DNA of 64,000 bases, taken from NCBI GenBank assembly GCA_040954595.2, contig CM082590.2, positions 2,728,001 through 2,792,000 of the forward strand, read 5' to 3'. Each line of letters opens with the position of its first letter. Positions within the stretch are counted from its first letter, which is position 1. A model generated the notes under the pieces. It did not search any database. It was not told where the DNA came from and saw only the letters and a program-made list of their open reading frames with translations. The position numbers were made by a program, and so were the translations under genes. Source of the stretch: Balanoglossus misakiensis (Eukaryota > Animalia > Hemichordata). Shown here piece by piece: positions 54,142 through 64,000 of the stretch.

Positions 54142-54325
54142 CTCTTTGTGGCTGTGAATCTGTACCTGGCCATCTCTCCTGTGGCTGTGAGTTGATAGAA
54201 TTCACAGCAGCAATTGGTGGCATCTTACTGAACTGACTAGCATTTGCCATTTGCATGACACCCTCTGTGGCTTTCAGTGCAGCAGCTGGTGCCTGCTGGG
54301 AAGTCATCTTTGGAGGTGAAGTTGC
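54142..54325 (-). CDS. Ala/Pro/Gln/Ser-rich exon (phase 0 to 1)
   Basis: Bounded by gacag and gtagg. It reads ATSPPKMTSQQAPAAALKATEGVMQMANASQFSKMPP...DSQPQR. Confidence 0.55.
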
Positions 54326-54751
54326 CTGTCCAAAAAGAGTAACAAACCTAGTTAATATGGAGCATTATCAAGGCCAGTATTCAAAACCCCATTTTTAATT
54401 CATGACTGCAATGTTTGATTCGATGTTGAGCTTGCAACTCTCAAAGTCCTATTTTCAACACACATTTGGATGGGATTGAGTTTTAGGGCTTATCAACATT
54501 AATCACATTAAAAATTGAATTTGATTACTGAGTCTGTGGCATTATCCAAAAAAGTCTTAGCATTTACAGAGTGGGTTTCTAGCAACCAAAACAGAAGTTT
54601 TGAATTTGTTTTGAAACAATAGTCAACTGTAAAGATAATGGTTAGACAAGGCTATGTGAAACAGTCATAAAAAGCTTTCAATTCACAGGATGGGTAACTA
54701 GAAACGGCTATTTTATTATATAATAAAGTAGAAGGTAGACCACAACTGTAC

Positions 54752-55013
54752 CTGGGTGATGAAAATTGTCTCAATGGGATAAATGAAACAGTCACATTGG
54801 GTTGTTGTGTCCTGTTTGCTGTGACAGCGGATACTGGTTGGTTGGGTAAACTGGTAGGCTGACCAAAAGGCATTGATGACCTTTGATCTTGGCCCTGCAT
54901 CTGGGGCTGACTTGGTTGAGTCAATTACTGTTGAGAGGATGACAGTTGTTGTGGAGACTGACTTCCAATTTGACGTAGTTGTCCAAGTGACAGATGACTT
55001 GTTGGTGCGGCAC
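54752..55013 (-). pseudogene. Gln/Ser/Pro-rich exon with an in-frame stop
   Basis: After a tacag acceptor it reads AAPTSHLSLGQLRQIGSQSPQQLSSSQQ*LTQPSQPQMQGQDQ... with TAA at 54925-54927. Its exit phase does not match the next exon. Confidence 0.6.
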
Positions 55014-55048
55014 CTGTAGTAAAAATATTTAGTTGATTTATTTATATA

Positions 55049-55238
55049 CTGTAAAACGGGAAATTTCTGTGACAGGAAATGTTTGCAATATCAATAGAGA
55101 CAACTGTTATGCTACACTTAAATTTTGCTTTCTTATATTTCACTAACTGCACCAATATCCCTGAAAAACATTTTTACGTGACTTTTAATTTGCATTTTTT
55201 GGTTCTCGCGAAGTTCACAATAATTTCCTGTTTGACAG
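55049..55238. mobile_element. Degenerate TA-flanked MITE (CTGTAAAA family)
   Basis: TA-CTGTAAAACGGGAAATT...AATTTCCTGTTTGACAG-TA. Confidence 0.65.
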
Positions 55239-55284
55239 TAATTCATCTATTGCAAACAAAGAAAATATGTCTACCTAGGATAGA

Positions 55285-55473
55285 ATGACTGGAACAGGTG
55301 CAGATCACTAGTATACAAAGCCAGTTCCTCCAAAACAATGAGAGGTAAAGTGCTGCGCTCAAGGGCACAATATCGCGGTCATGAAGTCACCATCCTCAAA
55401 ACCCACGGCCATGTCCAGGTCTGGTTCTTGAACCCACAACCCTGTGCCCTCACCACAAGGCCATGATGTCTCC
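55285..55473 (-). mobile_element. tRNA-derived SINE, degenerate
   Basis: The minus strand shows an A-box-like TGGCCTTGTGG, a B-box-like GGTTCAAGAACC, then a core-like GTGCCCTTGAGCGCAGCACTTTACC. Confidence 0.5.
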
Positions 55474-56495
55474 TCAAACTCTCCTCAAAAGTCTCCTGCT
55501 TTAGTCTAATCATTGTTAGAAATACTTTCTGCTTTGACCTTTTACATGAAGGATTTGATGCATACACACAGGCCAGTTGACAAGGAAAGCCTCTCAACAT
55601 TGGTAAAACTGCATAATAATGATACATTGTAATTGAATATATTTGTGAACAAAAACAATCATGGCCTTTACACTATTAGCTACAACATCTAACCCTCAAA
55701 CCAATCTGATGAAAATATTTTTTGACCCAAAAATGGAGTAGAACAATTTGCATCTTTTATAGAACAGAAAAACAACAGTTCATAAAAACAATGAAAGTGT
55801 CCTTTTGATATCCTATGGCAAAATCTTTTCTTGGTCCCATCAAAGTTATAACTGCCTTTTTTATTTGAAAATTTGACAAAAAAGCCAGAGCGAATAATAA
55901 TATGTGATGTGTAATAAATATTAATAAATATATTACTACCATTTTATGGAAGTACCCATTTAGAGTAATGAAAACTTTAACAAACCACAAAAAAGGTTTT
56001 GTACATCACCACAATAGGATGAATTGGTTGTAAATGGCCATGTAAACATGTTGTATATTTGTCCTGTGAACTTTAGAATCTGGATTGTATGATTTCAAAT
56101 ATTTGCTCAGCAACAGATACCCAAGCCGTCACGCAGTTACACCCATTGGAAAATGGTATCACCCACACCAAGGTGGATGGAAGTTGGTCCTGGCGCTTTT
56201 TTTCCCATGATTCAAATTACAGTTAAGGCCATATTATAAATTCTGCCAACTTTCCCTCGATTTTGTAAAATACCTGACGTCTTATACTTGACGAATATGT
56301 TTTTTTTTTCTGAAAGAGTGACCTCAAAGCTACCAAATTATGTAGAAATCAGCTGGACCGGATTTCCCCTTTGAAAACAGTAAAACACAGGTGCAAGCTT
56401 TCTTTTATTATGGGTATGGCAGAGAAAGCTTTTGACTGCTGTCAAAATTCTCTGGCAAACACAGAAGGATTATGAAACTGAAAATGTTGATAATA

Positions 56496-57021
56496 CAGTG
56501 AAACCTGTCAATACAGACATCTCTCTAATCAGGACAGATTGTTCAAGACAAAAGTAATGGCTTGAATAGAATATTACATGCACATTTCTATTAAGGACAC
56601 CTCTCTTTTAAAGGGACAAAGTCTCTCTCTCGCTGCCCTTTTTTCCATTAATAATGTTTGATACAAGACACTGTTTATGTTAATGTACATGTGTATATGT
56701 AGTGAATGAACATTCAACCATACACAACTTCCATCCCGCGTGTATGATATGGGAGTAAAAACTCACCCAAAACGAATAAATGGTAGAGACTGATTATTCA
56801 TTTTGGCGATTTTTTTCACTCTCATGTCCACAAGCAGGATGGACTTTGTGTGTGGTTGAATATTGATTCACCATATATCCACATGTAGAAAAAACATAAA
56901 TGGTGTCTTGTATCAAATATAATTAATGGAATAAGGGGCAGCGAGCGAGAGAGAGAGCCTGTATCCCTTAAAGGACATGTTGTGTGATCCCAGAGGTGCC
57001 CTTACTTGGCAGGTTTCAATG
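56496..57021. mobile_element. Tc1/mariner-type MITE containing a nested ~335-bp foldback palindrome (56623-56957)
   Basis: Ends TA-CAGTGAAACCTG and CAGGTTTCAATG-TA. The inner arms CTCTCTCGCTGCCC...TTTGATACAAGACAC and GTGTCTTGTATCAAA...GGGCAGCGAG pair along their length. Confidence 0.8.
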
Positions 57022-57432
57022 TACTTCGCACATCAGTTGTACTCCACTGTCGGTATCGAATCATTTCCTGGTTGACATGGTGAGCTTTACATAAACAGAT
57101 AAACCACCTCAAAAAGTGGGGCCCATAATTAGAGAATGGTCTTTAACCTCACAATTTTACCATAATTACCTTGAAAATCGCAAAGTCTTCATATCGTCAA
57201 ATAACTGCAATGCAGTACTCAGACCTTCAGAAATCATACCGTATTTCTCACCTGCTCCTGACAAAAATCTGAAATACAACACAGTACAATTATTTAACAA
57301 AAGGTGTATGTAAACAATGTCTACTCTGATTGTAGACAGATTTGATTAAACATTTTATGAAACATTTAAAGGTAGGAACCTCTAATAAAAGCCAGTGAGT
57401 CAAAGGACAAAACTGAGACTTTGTCCCTTTAA

Positions 57433-57517
57433 TCCTTTCACCCCCAGTTCCTTCTATACAGGTCGAACCTTTTCATAGATAACAATGGGTTTAGACTGAA
57501 CCTTGGTTGTGAAAGGG
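57433..57517. mobile_element. Tiny piggyBac-like MITE
   Basis: TTAA-TCCTTTCAC...GTGAAAGGG-TTAA, with a partial related copy at ~36385-36448. Confidence 0.6.
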
Positions 57518-58506
57518 TTAATGGGCTTCAATAATGAGTTTTCTTTAAAATAAGAGGGTGTTACTTAAGGGTTATTACACTAAGTTTGGTCGATAACGCG
57601 TCATATTTGAGTGATAGTATGCCAAACTTGCATGGTATGTACAGCGTGATTACTGCACACAAACATCCCTCTGCAATACACAAACACCATCCAACTTAAA
57701 ATCAAATGCCTAACAAGTAGCTATTTGATATTTTGTGAATCGGTTTTATTCTATTCATATTATATTATTTTATATGTGATGTTGATTAACTTGCATTTTT
57801 GTCAGAATAGAGTGGTATACATACAAGGTCTTTCTAATGTCAGGTGTCTATAAAAAGATAAGCCTGTTGCATCATTGTATAAGTGGTATAAGTCCATGGT
57901 GCCAGTAAGAATTGGGGTAGGTCTTGTAATTGGAACAGTGCATGGGGGGGGGGGCTGTTATGTGCACAGTATATGTTGTTGCAGACATTTGAATGAAATA
58001 TGAAATAGCAAGAAATAGTGGGTGCATTTGTGCGACTCAATTTGTTACTATTATTTTGCAGAAGCTGAGAAAACACGCCAGTGCTGTGTACACACCTGTG
58101 CATCAAAAGGCTTCTCTGAGGATAGTCATTACACGCCCAAACGAGGGTAAATCATTCCCAGGGCAAACTATGTAAGTGTCAGTTCTTCATGTAAGCACGC
58201 CATCGCTCACACTTCTGCATCCCCCCAGTCCACGTCAGTATATACATGCATAATACACCCCTTCTCTTTAGTACCTCATGTTATCCCATGCTTGCATTTT
58301 AATACACAGTTTAATTATGTAAATTTGTTGCTTTTAACAGGGAAACATTTTTTTTTCTCAATGAATTTGTTGACATAGGTCATGTTTATTCTGAATGCAA
58401 TCATTTAGCCTTCTCTTTGTAAGTAAGTGGGGATTGAATTTTGTGAGTACTAAATGACTTTCACACCAATGTAATAATTATTGGTACTCTTTTTAATTTC
58501 AATCAG

Positions 58507-59247
58507 GTGATTCTAGACGAGGGCGAGCCTCTGCCACTGCAATATGAACGGCTTTCCAACTCCAACGTAGCGATTCCATCTGCCTGGTTGAGCATAACTT
58601 TAGGTAGATGCAAGAACAAGCCGCCATCTTACGTCATAAAAAAGCTGATGGATGGGTTGTTTAAAACCCGAACAACTGAGCGGGAAGAATACCAGCGCAT
58701 TTATTGGAACACCCTACCAGCATGTTGTAACGGCACTGACTTGTAAGTAAAAGGTTTCTTTAAAATGTCGAAATGATTGTATTCTATGATAATGACATTT
58801 TTTGCATGTCCCTGGAGTGAAATTCTTTGATTGGCTATCCCATATTCACTGGATTCAAAATAAATATCATTATAAAGGTGCATCTCATCCTTATACATTT
58901 CATTTTATTTGTTCTGACCATCTACTACAAATACACTCGATGAAATTTATCAGTTAGGTCAACAGTTTTTGTACCTGAATGATATTAAGTTTTTTTCCTG
59001 AATTTTAGTTGAATTGTGTGACTTCCGGTTGGTGGAAATTACTCGTATTGGGCAACTGCATATGTAACAATTATGCTTGGCAATCTTCTCCTTATTACTG
59101 CATGGTGTAACTGATATGTGTTTATTCTTCTCTTTTTCAGTATTTGGTGTCAACAAACTGAAGATGTCAACAAAAGAGCTGATCCATGCATTCAATGCGA
59201 AATGCGCCACATGCAAACGGGCTGTCTTAAATAAAAACAGAGTGTAG
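58507..59247 (+). pseudogene. Two-exon BEN-domain-like fragment with a +1 frameshift
   Basis: Exons 58507-58742 and 59141-59247 have AG/GT sites. The corrected translation is PSYVIKKLMDGLFKPEQLSGKN...VVTALTLFGVNKLKMSTKELIHAFNAKCATCKR. Confidence 0.6.
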
Positions 59248-59575
59248 TAGAGTAGGAAGTTTGTAGTGTAGTTTTTTATATTGGAAAAAAATTGTAGAGT
59301 AGCAAGTTTGTAGTGTAGTTTTTTTTATATTGAAAAAAAATTAGAGTAGCAAGTTGTTTGTAGTGTAGTTTTTTATATTGGAAAAAAATTGTAGAGTAGC
59401 AAGTTTGTAGTGTAGTTTTTTTTATATTGAAAAAAAATTAGAGTAGCAAGTTGTTTGTAGTGTAGTTTTTTATATTGGAAAAACATTTTTTGCAGAGGAG
59501 CAAGTTGTGGTGTTTATATTTGTAGTGTAGCTTTTTTATTTTTTGAAAACCAATTTTTGTAGTGTGTAGTTTTAC
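59243..59575. repeat. ~43-bp minisatellite with an alternating dimer structure
   Basis: GTAGAGTAGCAAGTTTGTAGTGTAGTTTTTTATATTGGAAAAAAATT is repeated about 6-7 times. Confidence 0.9.
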
Positions 59576-60304
59576 CATGTTGATTTTTTAGATTTCTTAA
59601 CCCTGTGATTAAAATAGATTTTTTTTAAAATAAAAACTGTTAATTATAGTTTGCTTGTCTCTGAGGTTTTATGGGGGGTGGGGGTGGGTGGTTCAATGGT
59701 ACCCCTAGTTAATTGTCTTGCTGCAAACTCACTGCAATGTTCAAATTTTCAAGGTGGCAATCTTGATTGCTGTGAACTCACTGCAGTATTCAAATTCCTG
59801 TGAACTCACTGCAGTATTCAAAATCTTGTTGCTGGAAGTTTGCAACAAATTTGCAAGTCCCCTAATTTGCATGGTAAAATCAGGACTGTTTGCCACTTTG
59901 CAGCAGCAGTTTGCAGTGAGTTCGCAGAATCCTGCTGCAGATTTGCGGGAGGAGTTTGCAGCAGGCCCTTTTTTCGTAAGGGATGTCCATATTATGGACA
60001 TCACGAGGATGCGTCACGTTATCGACCAAACTTAGTGTAATAACCCCTTTATCATACATGAACAGTAGCCCATAGCCAAGTGTGACAGGGCGATGCGATC
60101 AGGTGATCAACGTATAGGCCGTAGTATCATTCTAAGAGGGTTGGCAGCTTTCATTATGATGGGCACATGTGATTCAGGTCCCTCCCATCTACCTTAGCTG
60201 AGCTTGGGATCGCTTCGCCAAAGTTTATATGACAAGGGTGTTAGCCCATTCCTATCACAATAGGCTAGCTATATCGTTTATATGCCTTAATGAATTAATT
60301 AATA

Positions 60305-60366
60305 TGACTGACTGACGGACTGACTGACTGACTAACTGACTGACTCACTGAATGAATGAATGAAAG

Positions 60367-60396
<30 letters not shown>
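60305..60396. repeat. Compound tetranucleotide microsatellite
   Basis: (GACT)n(GAAT)n(AATC)n. Confidence 0.9.
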
Positions 60397-60397
<1 letters not shown>

Positions 60398-61599
60398 TAC
60401 CCAGACATGGCATGGAGGGATTCACCTCCTGTTGAGATGTTCGCACCCCCTAGCAAATTGTCACAGGTGGGGTGGTCAGTGGCCCTTAAAATGATGTCAC
60501 TCACATGATAGAGATATTAATTACATAACTCCTTTCCAGAGTGTGCTCTATTTATAGTCTGCACTATATACAGGTAAATGTGTAATGATATTTCAATAAC
60601 TTTTGGAATCACAGGTCAGTAGAAAGGTTGATTGAACAAAAGGTTTTGAAATTCGTTCACCTTGTATTGGAACAGCTCTTACAGACATCACAACATCATT
60701 CAACGCTAAATCTTCGTAACTTTTACATACTGTTAATATAAATATAATTATTTTTCTTTAAATTCATCCAAATATTACAATGTTTCTAGCAATTTCATAG
60801 CTGTATTATAGTTATTAAGATAATACTGTGTGTATGATATATACTTTGTGGATAGGATACAGATCTTTGCTTATTACCAAGAATATAACACCATGTGTTT
60901 GGATTTTAAATGCAGTTCGGAGCTGACTGTGTTGCATTTTGACTGCAAAATTAAAATATTTAGTTACATTTCCTTGCATTTAGTGTTGAAAATGTCACTT
61001 TCAGCTTTAAAATGAGCACTGATATCTATGGAACTAGAAGAATTGTGCTTTCTATTCTACAACATACAACATTTACATTTAATCAAACAACAGGATGATA
61101 TTTGACAGTCAATCAATAAATATAACATACGTGTGAGTTGCATGTACAAAACTAGACACATGTATGTATGTGATATTTAAAGGGACATTAACTGTTACAC
61201 ATGCTCTACACAGAACTCCACTTGTCAGCATAACCTGTATGTGTGTAACGGCTATTGAAATGAATTCTAGTCCAGACTTGAATTCAAATTCACAATAACA
61301 ATACTGAACAGACACACCTATATTTCATCATGATTCAGGGATCTGAAGAAGACACTGCAGTAAATACTTAAAACAAAAATACTGAAAACAAAGTGAAAAG
61401 TTACAGCTAATGAAGCTTTAACTATGTTCAGAAACAAGTAGAACAGGCAATCAAAACACATTATAAACATTGAGAAAAACACCCAAAGTTACATGTACTA
61501 CCGGTATCTATGAGGGCCCGTTCTGGTCAAAATTGTAGTTTATTAATAAAACATGTTAGAATTAATTTTACCAGTATATAGAATTATTTTTTATGTGCT

Positions 61600-63112
61600 T
61601 TAATTATTTTTTTGTAGTCATGCAGAATTAATTTTATGTGTTCTAAATAATTATTTTAGCTTATCTTTGTTAGAAATAATTCTGCCAACATCTCGAATTA
61701 TTTTTATGTGTAGACTCGAATTAATTTCACGTGTTGTGTCGAATTAATTTCACGTTGTCAAATAATATTGCCCTTACAATCCTTTGCGCGTAAATCAAGA
61801 TGGCGGCGGCTGAGCATGTCTTTCTCGCCGCATAAAGTTAAAAAAGGGGCCGTTGTACAAGTTGTGAAACGTTTTGGGGCGATTTGCTGTCCAATATAAA
61901 TGCAGTGTGCTCGAAAACGGCGATCGGTCCACGAGTTTTGGTCTACAGACAGAATTTTCTAGTCAAACCACTCAAAACCACTACCAGTTGGTGTAATCGC
62001 CAGCCTTGCTATGGTATAGCCCAGCTCTGCGTACAGTGTTCTTGGCGTGGAGGCCGTGTCATGGCGGGAACACACAGACCTGTACACAGAGCTAGCTGTT
62101 GCCCCGCGTTGCCAATTCGCCTTGATTGAATAAATTTTGACATCTGAACATACAAAAATTGTGTTAATTTGTTATTTTCAGAACTAAGAAATAGCTGTAG
62201 GGCCCAGATCCCAGGAAACGGCGAATAAAATATTCCTTACAATTTCCTTGTAAACTCAAGTTTTGTTTAAATAAATTTAAATTAAAAAGACAAAGTCTCT
62301 CTCTACATAACCATATTTAATGATAGCTTGCATTCTAGATTTACAACTGATAAGATAGGGTGTGGGGCATAGATAGTAAAGGGGCAGACCCCGAAGTCTC
62401 CACCTCCTCTGTAGGCTGCATTCACAAACACCATTGGAGGGTGGGGGGGGGGGGGGTGGGCGAGAGAATTAAAAAATTTTACCGCTAATTTTCACATGCC
62501 CCCCCCCTCCCCCCGACACAACCCGAAATATTTACAAATCCCCCTTCCGAACTGCCAAAATTTTAAACACCCTCCCCCTCCATTTTCTTTCACAGAGCAA
62601 AACACATCACCTATCTATCTTGTAAAAGATGATATTAATTCGACACTACACCTGTAATTAATTCAAGTCTACACGTAAAAAGAATTCGATATGTTGGCAA
62701 AATTATTTCTAACAAAGATAAGCTAAAATAATTATTTAGAACACATAAAATTAATTCTGCATGACTACAAAAAATAATTAAAAACATTGAATTCCCCCCA
62801 AAACGTCTCACAACTTGTACAACGGCCCCTTTTTCGAACTTTATGCGGCGAGAAAGACATGCTCAGCCGCCGCCATCTTGATTTAAGCGCAAAGGATTGT
62901 GGGGGCAATATTAATTTGACACAATGTAAAATTAATTCGACACAACACGTGAAATTAATTCGACAAAACACGTGATATTAATTCGACACTACACCTGAAA
63001 TTAATTCGAGTCTACACGTAAAAATAATTCGAGATGTTGGCAAAATTATTTCCAACAAAGATAAGCTAAAATAATTATTTAGAACACATAAAATTAATTC
63101 TGCATGACTACA
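61600..63112. repeat. Long inverted repeat with a rearranged right arm
   Basis: 61600-61880 is found reverse-complemented at 62630-62790 and at 62795-63112. Confidence 0.85.
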
Positions 63113-64000
63113 TGTCGGTCTCTGGCCCATGGACTATAACCAAACAATGATAGTCCCAAATAAAGCCAAGCCATCAACTCCAATTTTGGTTTATTGGTGA
63201 TGTTTTCTGCGATCATGCTGGATGCAATGCGGATATAATAAAACTACTCTGTGAAAAATATGTTTGTTTACAAATTTGTTCACCTTTGTGGGTATATTGA
63301 ACAGAAAGGGTTACTCCCCTTAACCTCTCAACAAACAAACAATCTTGACAATATTTGTAAACATACATATTTTTGTCACACATTTTTATATTAAACAAAC
63401 ACACACACACACTGCAAAGCAGGAGGAAGAGCTCCCTGTGGTCTTCCCACAAACGTTGGAATCACACTGCAGTGGTCGCCTGATTCAACCAGTAAAGGTC
63501 ACATGAGGTCATCAATTGTTGTCGGTTTTCTGGTTGAATATTCTCTGAAAGCACGCCTTAACATTGATATTTTGCAATTGGTGTCAATAGTCATGAACTT
63601 TAAATAATGGAGCATCACTCGGCCCCAGTTACTAAGTTGCGATAGGGCGAAATCAACAGCGGAAACTGATTGTCGATCGTCCATGTCTCAAGCTTACCTT
63701 GTTTACGGACTGAATCAGGGGACTACAGTAACGTTATCGCGATGAATGTGATTCTACCCACACATTAAGTCGTGAAAACTATCAGTGATATCTTAAAACA
63801 CACTAAATACTGTAATGTTTCAATACTCACTCCGCCAAATCTGTATATAGGAATAATGATGGTGGACAGTGTGGGGGGCCTGAACCCATGACTTGCAGAA
63901 AACAGCTGGTACTTGCTCGCTCCTTGGCTTTGCATGTTTTCCGCTATTCTTTCAGAGAAATATGACACCGTCCTGGATGTGTAACAAACACTGGCCAACT

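Larger units (their letters stand above)
57569..60046. mobile_element. TIR element (PIF/Harbinger-like ends) enclosing a BEN-domain gene relic
   Basis: Perfect 30-bp TIR GGGTTATTACACTAAGTTTGGTCGATAACG. The flanks (TTA and TTT) do not form an exact TSD. Confidence 0.7.

Noticed and set aside
33443-54927. TAA at Gln-like positions as evidence of a ciliate-type genetic code
   Set aside because: There are only two cases, each a single C-to-T change, in a locus that also has frameshifts, a TGA stop and lost cysteines. Decay explains them.
57252-57268. Possible microexon of the minus-strand gene (tttcag...gtgaga)
   Set aside because: The splice-like sites alone could be chance, and there is no coding evidence.
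63340-64000. Possible LINE reverse-transcriptase relic (..SASHGFRP..)
   Set aside because: There is only one weak motif and the region is cut by the window end, which is too little to call.

Overview
AT-rich, intron-containing animal DNA, probably a marine invertebrate (inferred from repeat types and EGF exons; no species call). No prokaryotic features were found. Positions 1-24.6 kb are almost all tandem repeat. There is a ~195-bp satellite, then a ~20-kb hierarchical array of ~900-bp monomers with locally amplified 116-bp subrepeats and an inserted Helentron-type (HINE) element. From 33 to 55 kb the minus strand carries a damaged multi-exon gene in which four calcium-binding EGF exons sit between Q/P/S-rich exons. 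One intron holds an 11-kb Academ (AcademX-type) DNA transposon, 40391-51368, with TIRs and a TACA target duplication. Its decayed protein has DDE, XPG and Cys-rich domains plus an OTU-protease-like domain inside the DDE core. Five younger elements are nested in it: a Tx1/L1 LINE, a Kolobok-type MITE, a Transib-like CAC-ended MITE, a HINE-like element and an L2/CR1 fragment. The rest is MITEs, a SINE, foldback elements and a TIR element carrying a spliced BEN-domain pseudogene. Most short ORFs in the supplied track are spurious. All family calls come from motif recognition by eye, not database searches.
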